Assembly (NCBI RefSeq): GCF_000150275.1 | Contig: NW_002060947.1 | Location: 5,834,855-5,898,854, forward strand | DNA: 64,000 nucleotides | DNA from: Trichoplax adhaerens | Lineage: Eukaryota > Animalia > Placozoa | Direction of reading: 5' to 3' | Shown here: in pieces, positions 1 through 13,084 of the stretch | Layout: each line of letters starts with the position of its first letter | Position numbering within the stretch: the first letter of the stretch is position 1 | The notes under the pieces: generated by a model | Told to the model about the DNA's origin: nothing | The model's database searches: none | What the model saw: only the letters and a program-made list of their open reading frames with translations | Position numbers and translations under genes: made by a program

Positions 1-2120
1 TTACTGGTTCTTTCTTAGCTTATCAAAAATTTTTGGGAGAACCTCCTTCTTCTACTGGAACTTCAGATGATTGCTATATTAGTTCTGCGTTTGGAGATCA
101 TTTGTGGATTGATGATTTGTGCAGTCAGCTTCGTTTTTTCATCTGTGAGAAAGGTAATGCATGCAATCTAATATTTACACTGATATAATTTAGGTCAATC
201 ATACTAACCTTGATGAAAATATATGATTCCTTTATCGAGTACACTGCTGGTATACTACAGCTTTCCTATATTCGCAAATCTATCATATGAGTATCTAAAG
301 CTTCTGCCCTTAAAACTTTGGTCAGGCCGGAAATTACTACAGTTATTACAGTCTAATCAATTTTTAATCCTACCTAATACTTTATAAAATTACTATGAAT
401 CTGTTTCTCGACGTTGTTTCCAAGTAAAGAACGATCTCGATGCTAATATTAGCTTCGCGCTATGTTGATTAAAGTTTCACCACGTTAATAATTTTATTAA
501 ACTTTAATTTTACTGTTTACTTGTAATAGCTTGCAGCTATGATTTGGAATACAGTAATCGCTATTTTACCATCAATCAAGTCAATAGGACATGCGATGAA
601 GGTAGAAACTATTGCCAATCACACGGTGGAGATTTAGCTATCATTAACAATAGCGATTTGACCGATTTCTTGTCTGGCTATCTGACATGGACTCAATCAG
701 TCTGGATTGGTTTGCGAGATATTAACAGTCTAGATAACTTCAATGCTTTCGTTTGGGTTAATGGAACTGTCGCTAGTAGTTATACGGATTGGGGTGTATA
801 TAGTCAAGACACTAAACGTGATTGTGTTCTTATTCAGAAGAATAATGGCAAGTATAACTGGATTAATGTAGACTGTAATAGAACTTCGTGGACCCTGTGC
901 GAATTTGGTAAATACTGTAGCTCCATTATATAAAATTAATTTATAACCATATCCCAAATCAGCTGTTAGCCACTTCCATCTTTCATTTTTTAATTTGTCA
1001 TTGAGTTAAAAGTTTCGGTACCTTAATTCTGCTCCTTTGATTTCATGGCAGTATTATTATTGACAAATTAAATTATAATATTCAATGTTTTTAGGTACAA
1101 GACCAGTTGCATCAACGACCGCTTACAGAACGACTCTTTCCACTAATACAGGAACCAATGCAGAAGAAGGTACAGAATCAACCGAAACAACTGATATATT
1201 TGTCCAAACACAATATTTTTATATAAAATCGATATTGGTGGATGCAGCTAATTCAGGTAAGCTTCATAAAGGAAGTAGCCTGTGAGTTATGAAACTGCTT
1301 AAAATAGCAAGTTAAGATGTTATTTATTGAATCTATAGTCAAGATATTTAAGAAATATCAAGATTTGAGCAGTATTTTTGTGAAATCTCTAGAATTTTGA
1401 CTTAGCTATCCCCATGCAATATTCAATGTAGACAAGCAATATAATCCTTACATAATGCGCTTTATGGAGAAATGAATTTACTTTCTAAACTATGCTATTG
1501 CAACGTCAAGTGACGTATAAGGCAGAATAGTTCTCTAAATACGTCTTTCATAATTTTATAAGAAGTAGTATAGTCAAAGACAGCAATGAACAACAAATAC
1601 GAATGACACTTTACTATATATGCCTAAGCAAAAGGAAAAATTCTACTACAGTATTCCTGAAATATTTATTATTATAAAGATTAATCTACTTCTATTCACG
1701 CAATAAAAGTTAGCAAGCGTTATCCGTTCTAGATGACTTAGTGTTATACCCTGCTTAAATTTACTTTCACGATAGATATTTACTTATTAAACGGTACCAA
1801 TAGGATTCGTTATTTTGTAGATAATAACCATATCTTAAAAATGGAATAATTTATTCAATAGTCTATTGATAGCCAGTGGTTTTAATGAAAATGGCTGCTA
1901 AGATTGATGTAACGATTCTTTAGTTCAGATTGATTTCAAGCCGATCTTACCTCCATCCACAAATGACTTACTAGCGACTACTAAAATGCCAGGTATCACG
2001 CGTCAACAGTGTGCATTCTTTTGTGCAAGATACAATATTTGTGATCAGTTTTCCTATAACACTACAAAACTTAATAAACCGATGAATAATATTTGTATTT
2101 TGTATACTACAACTTATTAA
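1..2120 (+). CDS. C-type lectin x2 + Thr-rich linker + PAN/apple domain protein, copy 1 (5' end outside window)
   Basis: Hand-spliced phase-1 GT-AG exons: <1-153 (...GEPPSSTGTSDDCYISSAFGDHLWIDDLCSQLRFFICEK), 530-907 (CTLD with CQSHGGDLA, VWIGL, WVNGT, DCV, WINVDC, LCE), 1095-1256 (Thr/Glu-rich linker), 1924-2120 (GITRQQCAFFCARYNICDQFSYN...ICILYTTTY*, PAN-type Cys spacing). The frame stays open across all junctions. Confidence 0.85.
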
Positions 2121-2579
2121 GACTGAAATAATTAATTGAAAAATGTATAGTGAAGCCTCTGCTACTGAAGCTACTAATGGTTTTATGTATTGGCATATTA
2201 CTATATTTTGTATTCGATAAGAGATTAAAATTGCCTCTCTTTCTATAATTTAGTAAAGATGTTCAGATACTTCTAAATTAGAAACTGACAGTGATAATTT
2301 TGATAAGCACATGAAATTTTTAAATATCATAGTAAACACGCAATAATAGGAAATAATATAATAATTTCAATCAGTCATATTGAAACTAAGTCTGTTTAAC
2401 GAATGAATCTTATACTGCAATTTATCATTGTCGCTCTATCATTTTATCGGTGATTATTAAAAATTTACTCATCTGTGTGTTATATCATAATTAATAAGGT
2501 AGAGAGCATCTTCTGCTATTAATATAGTAAATATGCTACATAATAATAATCGCCTTCCACATGAAATTGATACATACAT

Positions 2580-3120
2580 GAAAATGAAAAATATAAATTA
2601 AGTTAAATACGAAAAAATCTTTTAATCTTAATTACCATAGTAATATTATCGAGCATATATATACATTACTAAATACAGATCATAATTTAGTAAGCATACC
2701 TACTTTATTCTAATTTATCATATTTTCCGTAATTTTACTTGGTACAAGGAATCTTATAAATCTGTATTTAAAAATTAAAATAATGAATTAAGCTCGATAC
2801 GAGAAGAATCTTTTAATCTAGCTTGCTGTAGTATTATCTTGGAGCAAGCGCACATAGTTATGTAATTAAACCAGCTTTACTTTAATGAGCGGTATTCTCT
2901 GTGATTTTGCTTGATTTATGGAATGTGATAAATATATTAAAAATAAAGTAATGAATTAATGTAAGCACGATAAGAGAAAAATCTTATAAACCTGACTTGC
3001 TGTGATAATATCATGAAGCATCCGTACAGTACGACGTATCCGATCATAATTACATTGTCGAACCAGCTTTACTCTAATTTCTTGTTCTATATAAATTTAC
3101 TTGATATATAGAATGTGTCA
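2580..3120 (+). repeat. Degenerate tandem repeat, three units of about 170-190 bp
   Basis: The motifs (a)atgaattaa...gaaaaatctttta...ttgctgt...ccagctttac...ttgatttatggaatgtg recur near 2590, 2780 and 2950. Confidence 0.7.
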
Positions 3121-5401
3121 TCTGTCAAGAAGCAGATCGCTAGTACTTTAAGCAGTATGAGAGATCAATGACTGAAAGAGTCCTGCGAATATTATATTGC
3201 TTTTCTCAGTTTGTCGACATTTGTATTTCTAACTAATGATCATTGACCTCTAATGATTTTTAATTAGCAACATTATATCGCTGTACTGTGATACATTACG
3301 CTAGAGTGAAGATCAAAATAATTCCTTTAGAAATATCAATCCGATACTCTATTACACTGCATTGAAGCTGTTAGATAAGCTATTGTTGTCAAAATTTTAT
3401 GAGAAATGAATTAGATACAACTTAAAAATAGTACCAAAATCTGGTGCTATTGGCAATAATAGATATATATAAGTAGTGCCTGTGATAATGTAAGTATGTT
3501 GATTTCAGCTTTGTAGAATATAATACTAATTATAGAATTTTATTCTTATACTAAGTTCTGAAAGGGTTGAGCTATGTTTTCGCAATTTTTATATTGTAAA
3601 CAAGTTAGATAACTTATTTAAGCAGCTACGCTTTTCTGTCATTGTTGTTCTTAGTCCTTCTTTTCTAAGATCTGCTGTTGTAGGAAGTTTTCCTTGTCTG
3701 TCAAAGCTTGTTTGCTCTATTACGTAGTATCTCAATCGATAGAGAATTATTAATAAAAGCTGCTATTATAATATTGCTTTTATGATTTACACTATTATTA
3801 CAGTTAGTAGAAGAGGTTTTGTTAAGTACGCTTACTCGACTTCCAAAAAAATTATATCTGAAAATCTTATAATATTTAACTCGTTCAGCCTTGTTCAGAA
3901 AAATCGCAAAAAGCTTGCGAATAGTTTGTTACTAAAAAGCTAAAAATGTCCATTTCTTGCTAAGCTGCATTTGCTGCAATGCTCAAGTGTACCACTCGTA
4001 TTATTTTATCGGAGCTAAATATTAGTTTATTTTATCAAATGTTTAATAAGCATAAAATTAAGTTTAACAGTCTCCATTAATGGATTAATCAAACTCTATA
4101 GCAAAAATATCTAAGTTCTATACAAATTAAATTATATATAATTATCAAAATATTAATAATTGTACTACATGCTTAGTGGAGAAAGATACCGTACAAGTAG
4201 AACCCTTGAAACAATTCGAAACTTTTTCAAATCTGTACTGTTACTTTGAAATGTTCCAATAATTAATGTACGAATTTTCTCATTTCGAGAGTAGCAGGTT
4301 TCAAAATATAAATATAGCTCATCTATGTGAGTCTAAAGGTTGTATTTTGTATTATACTCAAATGTCTATATATACTTATTATTGACGGTATTCTAAATAT
4401 TACTGAAGTCAGTTGTCAGATTTGTCTGTTTAATACATATCGTATCAGTATTTAATATTAGCAGTAGATCCAGAAATTAAAGAAAATTTGAGAACGAGAG
4501 AGGTTTCGTGTAGTCTAGTTAGACTCCAAAACTTCTGAGAGCACAGAATTATCATTAGTTGTGAAGAGTTCGAAAAAGTGAATAAAGGCAATAACGTTGA
4601 TCAACATTAATAAATTTGATATCTATTTTGTATTTGCTGAGAATGCCCAAAGACCTTAAACCAATTCCTAAGTAAACAAAATTCGCAATAATGATTTGCC
4701 TAAATAGCATCATTAGATTACAGATCATGATGAAAGTAACAAGCACCAATTATTCCGTAACCATTGTAAATGAAATTTTCTATTCTTTTTAGGAATCGAA
4801 GAAGTTACACTGTACTTTTAATACAATGTCCAACTAATAGAAATTTGTAAAGTTCGCAAGAATAAGATATTTTTTATTACTGTTGAAGTGCAAATCGTTT
4901 ATAATAATTACTCATGTCATTCAGGTTGCTGTATGTTTATTGGTATCAAACTAGTTTTCAACCTGATATATTACCTATTCCGGCGACTTTGTTGAGCCAG
5001 TCAGTGCCCATTTTGTTTTAAGAATTTATTATCATCGTTTTATTGTTAAATTAGAGTACCGTCTTGCTTTAAGAGTAACATATTATTATCACAGTGAGAA
5101 TTATTCACTGTGACTAATTTATTTATAAAACATTCAGTGCTGTAGTATGATATTAAATTTATTATGATAGATGTTTAGACGCAGTTTATTGCAGTGTTGC
5201 TTATCTGGAAATGCGCAAGAAGTGTTCTTCATGCTATTACCAGACTGCGATTAGCTTTGGCCAACCGTACTTAACGGTATTGCTTTATGCACGATATTCG
5301 TGCTACTATAAAAAATGTACATACTGTCAAGCTTGTCTGTAGTAATAATAATAAAGTTAGATATAGATTTTGTGGTGACAAGGTAACTCTGCTGGATCGA
5401 C

Positions 5402-6563
5402 TTTACGGATTGGGGTGCGTAAAGTCCAGACACTAAGTATGATTATGTTCTTATTCAAAAGAATAGCGGCATTTATAATTGGATTAATGTAGAGTGTAAT
5501 AGAACTTCATGGACTATGTGTGGATTAGGCAATATAATAGCTCTATCATATAACATTAATTTGTAATGTTTCCTGAATCAGCCGCTAGCAATTTTTATCT
5601 TTCGGTTTTAATTTGCCATTGAGTTAAAAGTTACAGCATCTGAATTTTACTCCTTTAATTTATAAGGCAATAGTGTTATTTAAAAACTAAAATTATACTG
5701 TGCAATTTATTTAGCTACTAAACCAGTTATCACAACAGTAACTTATACTACAACTCTTTCCATTCATGCTGGAAACGAAATAGAAGAAGTAGAATTAACT
5801 ACAACAACTGAAATATTTGCCCAAAAGCAATACTTTTATGTAAAATCGATATTGATGGATGCAGCTAATCCAGGTAAGTTTGAAAATGGAAGTGACTTAG
5901 TGGTTGTGATCTGTTTAAAAATAAAAGGTAAAAATTTTATCTATTGAATTTGCAGTCAAGCCCTGAAATCTTTCCTTAGCTATCAATATACGGTGTTAAA
6001 TATTCACAAGCAAGATACTCCTAATCGTTATGCAATACAACATATAAAGAAATGATTTTTACTTACAAACTACTTTATTGCAATGTAAAAAGGCACTTAT
6101 GATACGATTATTCTTGAAATATGTCATTCGTAACTTTAAAAGAAAATCGTATTCGAAAGCATCAATAAACAACAAATATAAATAATACTTTACTGTTTGT
6201 ACCTAAGCAAAAGATAATAATTCAACTACAGTATTCATGGAATGGTTATTATTAAAAAGATCAAAAGGATTCTATTTACTCAATAAATACTAGTAAACGT
6301 TCTAGAAAATTTAGTTTAGTTCGTTGCTTAAATTTTCTCTCGTGATAGATATTTGCTTGAAGCTGTGTTGTGTATAGCATTTGTTATTTCGTAGATAATA
6401 GCCATATCTTAAAGTTAGAATAATTTATTTAGTGCTTTGTTTATAGCCAACGATTTTAATGGAGATGGTTATTAATATTTATTTAACGATTCTTTTGTTC
6501 AAGCCGATCTTACCAACATCCATAGATGGCTTACTAGCGAATAATCAAATGCAAGATATCACA
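5402..6563 (+). pseudogene. Partial duplicate of lectin-PAN copy 1 (end of CTLD2, linker exon, start of PAN exon)
   Basis: Colinear with about 781-2000, introns included. It has an in-frame stop (DWGA*), a Cys to Tyr change, a GT to GC donor change and a deleted PAN-exon acceptor, and is truncated at both ends. Confidence 0.85.
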
Positions 6564-6941
6564 ATCTAGTAAGAGATTCTATCCGCATAGATTAGATCCA
6601 GTCTAATGCTATTAAATTTACTGTATCCGTATTAAAATGATCAATGCTTAATAACAGTTTAACAGATACATATTAAGCTATCCTATTAAGATATTTCTTC
6701 TAAACTTAGGAATTGTAATTTAAACCTGAGCAACCTTGGGGATGAAAGATGCAATCCTATTTAACTGGCTGGCAATGACTGTACTATTTTTGTTAGATCT
6801 AATCCTAAATTAAGGATATCGACTGTTAAACGCTAAAGTTACAATTAAGGAGACCGTAAAAAATTTCTGAGATATACTGTAAACATACATAGAACGTAAC
6901 ATAGAAATAACGTACACGTCACGAAGGTTACTTTCGTGACA
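6564..6941 (+). mobile_element. 5'-truncated solo-LTR remnant
   Basis: Ends in gtcacgaaggttactttcgtgaca, the same terminal hairpin and GTGACA end as the intact LTRs. It has a TATA-like cctatttaa near 6756 and begins where pseudogene homology stops. No TSD recovered. Confidence 0.5.
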
Positions 6942-7584
6942 ATTATCATCTCATGTTAAATGCGATGCTGTATATTGATAAATTCTACAACTAATGTAGC
7001 AGATATAGAATTGCTACAATCAAATGCTAGAATTATTTTATCGTTTTCTAATATAATAAGTTAAAATTCTTCGTTAATAATAAATTAACTAGAACGATAG
7101 AAGTTGAAGCATTATATATTAAGAAAGTTCATATCCAATTATAATTTTCTACGTATAAATTATTGGATTAATTAAATAATCAGACAATAAATATTTATCT
7201 CATTAGAAAACCAGGTACTTTAGCTTTATTACAAATACTGTGCACATGGTTATGTCTATAATTTTAATTTATATTGGTATTCAATGACTTACAAACTAAT
7301 TTCCATCAACCATTAATTATTAGTCTTTTGTTGTCGACTTTATACAAATACCGCATCAATTTTCTTTTGACCAATTTTCATTTTTTATGTAGAATTCAAA
7401 TTATTGATAACGGAAAAGTTGCTATTATTAATAGATATCTGTATGCATTTGTGTAATTAAAAGAGTTTAATAAACAAATTCAAAGTTTTTCCTAAATCCA
7501 ACCGCTGATTACGGTTCATAATTTAGTAGCTTAATTCATAAATCTACGCTTATCATCTCGAGGACTAGCTGAAATAAGACGGAT

Positions 7585-10500
7585 ATGCAGTTATCTAACT
7601 CATCTTTACTAACTATCATTGTAAGTTTCAGATAATTTGATGATAGTCAGATGGCATTCTTATCATTTCAGTTGCAAATTTACTGATAAAATTGAAATTA
7701 CCTCACGTCTATTACGTATAAATCTAGATCATTTTTCAATTTTATTAGATTTTTCTCATTCCAATCTGGCTAATACTTGGTTTACCGTCATCAGGTCGGC
7801 TTAAATTTGCCTTAAATCGTAAAAAATTTATTAATTCTGCGCAATTTAAGTTCAATTTTAATATTTATTAGTAAACACGGTAAGAATTTTTGAATTATTT
7901 GTAAAATTTCAGCGTGTTTTAGATGGAATCAGTCACTATTGTTAATTCGCAACCATGAATTGAGTTACATAATTTTGTAGCAATAATGTTTGTAAGTTAA
8001 CGCATGCCAAATATGCTTGAAGATACTGTTTAGTCAGGAATATTATTATATATTTACTAAACATTAATTGTTTTATTTAATGAAATTTTGGACACCATGA
8101 AACAGTTGAAAAATTTTGGCTGCAAACTAATCGAGACCAAACTCTATGTTATAATGTTCCTAATGTAACCTACGATTTTAACGATGCTCAAGCACATTGC
8201 CAACTATATGGAGGTAACTTAGCTATATTAGATGCTGCTAATAAGAGTGATTCACTAACCGGAATCTACTATGGTAAACTTGGTCTTGACAAGAGTTTAT
8301 GGATTGGATTAGTCAATATTCAGTCTAAGCATGCTAATATTACTCAATTTTGGATTAATGGTATAAAACCAACTTACACTAATTTTGCATATCCACCCGA
8401 TGGTACTATTCAAGATTGTTATTTAATGGACGCAAATAGTACACATAAGTGGTTTCTCGAGTTATGTAGTAACCAGCATCACTTTCTTTGCCAAAAAGGT
8501 AATAAGATTCATGATTAAATTATTCAGACTATATTTATTAGCTAAAAATTAAACCGAAATCATCCGAAATTACTCGTATTCTACCTGACATGACAAGATA
8601 TTATATGGATTGCTCTTACTATAAATTTTAGGATTTATATAATATGTAATTTAGAGAAAACTGTCCTTAAAATAATAGTAAATCACCAAAAATTGCAGAA
8701 TTTACATAACAGTCAATACAGGCCAATTTCAATATATCTGATAAAATTAAATTGTACGTTCTATATGGCGGAATATTCAGCATGCAATATAACACATGAA
8801 AACGGAATTCAACCTATAACAAATTTTTATATTAGGAGTGTGTCACAAAACAGCTTTGCAACAAGGTAACGTAATGTACGATCAATAAGTTAATTCCTTG
8901 AACTACGTATCAAGAAACGATATCTGCACTATCACAAATACTTTTGCTCTACTGGCAGATTACACAAATACTTAGACGCCTCGTATTTTACGTTAAATAC
9001 CAAGTTTGAGAATCCACTTTATTACACGATATACTGCATTTATATACCCTTCCTTAATAGTTCATGAGTCATAGTTAGTACGATTAACTTTGGAATCATT
9101 TACTGAATTAGATATTAATTTTAGCTACTGCTCCCTTAATGCAGATAACAGTATTTACGAACATAGATATCTGATGACTAATACAGAATAGTCAGATTAC
9201 GATATGTCCTATCACGGAACATTTCCACGATATTTTACAATCTACCATAAGTAAGTCATAATCGCAATGATTCGAACTGTAAGTAGATGATTTGCTTTCC
9301 CTATTATAACTGTTAATTTCAGTATGTATATATGTGTCACTGTCATAAAATGTCAGTGTTACATTAAAAAACGGTATATCCAAATTAGAAGTTAACTAAA
9401 TAAGGATAGTCTAACAGAATTATCCTAACATAGATATTTCTACTCTAATACAGTATATAACACTGTTACAGGGTGGCATGGAAAATATGAGTCAGGCTTA
9501 TTTTTGTAATTTTTTTAGATCTTAAGAACGAAATATAAGATATTTTGCTTGATAATCAAGAAAGGTCCATATAATTTCATCATTTAAACCATTTTAATGC
9601 AAACTTTCTATTTCAAAACAGTTTTGCGATAAGATAACATAATTTACGGCCAACAAGTCACATCCTTAAATCACATGTTAGGGACAATGTCTACATAATC
9701 GTGAACACTTTTCCTCTGCTAGCGAGCAACGTAAAGACTTAGATGGCTTACAGTTTACGTTAAGTTTAAACCTTAAGAAATCTATTTATTGCACAATATA
9801 TCATATTTATATGCTCTTTTACAATAGTTCAGGCGACCTAGAAAGTACTGTTAAATTTAAAGCTCTCCAAAGCATTAGAGACTAATTTTATCTACTGCTA
9901 CCTAATGAAGGTACTAGCATTTAGAGACATAGACGTCTAATGACTAATACAAGGTAATCAGATTATACCATGTTCATAAACGGAATATTTTTAAACTCAT
10001 CTACAATCTAGCATTAGTTAGTTACAGTCATAGTGATTCGAATCGTAAGTTGATTATTCTCAAATCCCTTATATAGCTATTAATTTGGCTATGTATAAAT
10101 ATCAGTCATTTATCACTGTCTTACAAAAAGCCAATACTACATTAAAGCACAATATATCAGAATTAGAATCTGACTAAATAAGATAACAAAATTATCTCGT
10201 CTTTAACAATTACTCATGTAGTTCTGGTTATGGCATATTTGTTGATATTAAACTAATTTTTAACCTAACATATTACTTATACTTGTGACTCTACATGGTA
10301 CCGTAAAGATAGAACTTTTATTACCACAGACACATCTACAAATTTTCACCACAGAGCTAAACCCAAAGGTTTGTGTTTATATAGAAACTTTCTAATTTGT
10401 AAGCAAGAACTCTACTAATATTATAACTTACTAGGAGAGACATCTCGAGCTGAGTTGTTCCTTAAATAGCTTTTCTATCAGTAAATATTTTTAATCTCTT

Positions 10501-12577
10501 ACGCGTGATTAATCTTAATCTAAGCGTGCGTATTGTCTAATTTAACTATCAATAGCTAGAACTTGAAACGATCAATGTCAAACGTGCAATAAACTATCAC
10601 AAATAATATCCACATTAAGGCATTACTCATCCTCCAATCTCTACAATATGGATATGTTTCCATATTAGCTACTACTATACGTATTAAACTACCTTAGCGG
10701 TAAAGTAACACCGTAACAGATATCTTCGTCTGATGCCTGATATGTTCAAATCATTTTAAAGTTTAAATGTATGACAGTACCAAACCTTGCTAATTTAGTA
10801 ATATCATTTATGTGAAGTAAGATGAACTTTGACAGAAGTAAGACAAAATTTTTAAATTTTCTTAATTAAAAGACTATGTAGATTGCTGATAAAAATCTAT
10901 ATCAATGCATTAAATCTTTATAAATCTAATTACTTTGGTTCTAAGTTATCGGTTTAAAGATTTTTAACTTACATTATTTAGCTATTTTAATAATTTATAT
11001 GCGATAAGCAATAGGAATACAAGAAATACGTATAATCTCAACCGATTAATAACAATAGCTCGAATCGATTAATTTGATGGCTTCTATAACTTATTATTTA
11101 TTAACAGCGGTCGGATTTAAAGATTGACTAAGATTTACCACTGATACGTAACTCCTCTTTTTAAAGTTTTACTTTTCTATTTAATTTTAGACTGTGATTA
11201 CGATATTGAATATAGGAATCGTGGCTTTACTTTCTATGAAGATTTTCAAAATTGGACAAATTCGAGAAAGTCCTGCATTGATAAAGGAGGAGATCTCGCG
11301 ATTATTAATAATGCCGAATTAGCAACAGTATTTGATAGTTACTATCATGGAAAGACGATGTACATCGGCTTACGTGATCTTTATGATTTCAATATTTCCA
11401 CACAATTTGTTTGGGTTGATGGTACGATGGCTAGCTCTTATACCAATTGGTTAAATGGTGTTAGCTTTATTTATGATTGCGTGATACAAATTTATATGCC
11501 AATCATCTATTACAGCTTTCGTTGGATATCATTACCGTGCAACTATACATTATTTAGACTCTGTGAAAAACGTAAGATTAGATTTTTCAAATCCATGTTA
11601 GATGTAATGCATGTATAGATATTAGAGTATTCACGCCTTTCGTATATGCATCTTATAAATCAGTCAGTAGAACTACGACATCGTAATGGATGAATATTTG
11701 CAGCTTATATTTAGATATCTTTTCTATTTTTAGCTTTAAATACATCTACAAACTTGAATTCCGATAATCCGTTTTTGGTATCGTCGAGTCTACATTATTT
11801 TTATTCTAGGCAACAATCATCGTTTCCCACCATCGATAAGAACATAGGTAATATGAGGTAATTGCTTGTATATTTAACATGCTTCTATTGTGAGTAATAA
11901 TTTCATGTTTTATCTCAATTTTACTTTGTCAAAATTAAGACAAACTTAAAATTGATAGATTAGCATCATTTATAGTATAAGATTGGTTAGGTAGCATGTC
12001 GGGAATCTTCAAAATAGTATAATTAAATTTGGTGCTGATCTAGTGATCGTAGGTGGTAGTGAGTTAAATGAATGTTATTAATGATATCTTAGTTACATTT
12101 ATATTTTTTAATGAAATGTAATCTACGTACGGGTAAATATTCACTACTTCAGTAACGGATAATTAAACAGTTACTAGTTTATCTATTTATTTCTGCTTAT
12201 TAATCGTTACTAAACTGGAATAGTTTGGTGCAAAATAGCTGCGAAAATAGCGTACGAGATTACCTAGACTTTAATATTTTCATTTTTAAAGCAGATTATT
12301 GTATTCAACACTGAAATATATCTGATGTAAAGGATATAGCGATACCAGTTCTAATTATCTTTTGGGATTTTTTTCTACTTTCGATGTAGTTAAAGATACA
12401 TATATATATGCGACTTGGGATAATGAGCTTCAAGTGCAGGTAATAGATTCCTTTAGTGGTATCTCTCGTCATCAGTGTTCCATACGCTGCTCACTTAATA
12501 ATTTTTGCCAAAATTTTAGTTTTAATCAAACTAGCGCTCTGAATTTCGAGTCTACTCTTTGTACACTGTATACTTGA
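7585..12577 (+). CDS. Secreted C-type lectin x2 + linker + PAN/apple domain protein, copy 3 (apparently intact)
   Basis: Six exons: 7585-7620 and 7749-7794 (signal peptide MQLSNSSLLTIIIFLIPIWLILGLPSS), 8106-8498 (CTLD1 AQAHCQLYGGNLA..LWIGL..WINGI..DCY..FLCQK), 11191-11571 (CTLD2 SCIDKGGDLA..MYIGL..WVDGT..DCV..LCEK), 11734-11847 (linker), 12390-12577 (GISRHQCSIRCSLNNFCQNFSFN..LCTLYT*). All junctions are GT-AG and in frame. Confidence 0.88.
8841..9470 (-). mobile_element. Solo LTR (family C) in intron 3 of lectin copy 3
   Basis: TGTCAC...GTTACA termini flanked by GAGTG/GGGTG (5-bp TSD, one mismatch). The - strand has gggtatataa (about 9040) followed about 20 bp later by aataaa (about 9018). 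Confidence 0.75.
9610..10235 (-). mobile_element. Degenerate solo LTR related to 8841-9470
   Basis: 9890-10200 aligns by eye with 9120-9420 (agatta..atgt..acggaa..tacaatcta..tgattcgaa..gtaagt; agaagttaactaaataag-like block). The start tttcaaaacagttttgcgataagataac resembles tgtcacaaaacagctttgcaacaaggtaac. Ends are eroded. Confidence 0.6.
10260..10718 (-). mobile_element. Solo LTR (family D), 3' end eroded
   Basis: The reverse complement begins TGTTACGGTG and is colinear with 17309-17859 (agtagtagcta, ttagattaagattaa, tttactgatagaaaagctat, ctcagctcgagatgt, tatataaa, aataaaagt). Confidence 0.75.
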
Positions 12578-12588
12578 TTCTATGTATG

Positions 12589-13018
12589 TGTCACGGTACG
12601 AACTACCGTGAAGAAATAGTTATCTAAATTTGGTTAATATAATATAGTGATAATATATTACATCTAGTTCCTTACAATAGGAATTACTCTAATTATAAAT
12701 GTGTTACAGTAAATTTATTGCTGTAATGTGTGCTGAAATGATTCTGTGAATGGACATATTGTAGTCCGACTGTGAAAAACTAGTTAGTAGACGTTCTCAC
12801 CCAAGTATTTTATAAGATGACTTGTGAATGTTAGCTGCTGTAGAAGGGTATATAAGCCCGTCAGATAGTTGAATAAAGCAGTTCTCAATTGTCTAGTTGA
12901 GTTTAACGTATAATCAAAGGCTTCTAAATTCTTGTGAGTAGGGATACTGGATCCCGGAGACTATAGTAATTTAGAGATTTGTTTTACGTTATCTTTGTCA
13001 CGAAGCTGGTTTGTGACA
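12589..13018 (+). mobile_element. Solo LTR (family A), 430 bp
   Basis: TGTCAC...GTGACA terminal inverted repeat with a perfect 5-bp TSD GTATG, an internal gggtatataagc and aataaa about 20 bp downstream. A near-identical copy lies at 22062-22502. Confidence 0.92.
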
Positions 13019-13084
13019 GTATGTTAGCCATAATTTCTTTAGCACAATATTATTGTATATGTATACCATGAATTAGTATAGTTA

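Noticed and set aside
9192-9383. 63-aa - strand ORF
   Set aside because: It lies inside the solo LTR at 8841-9470 and is a chance ORF.
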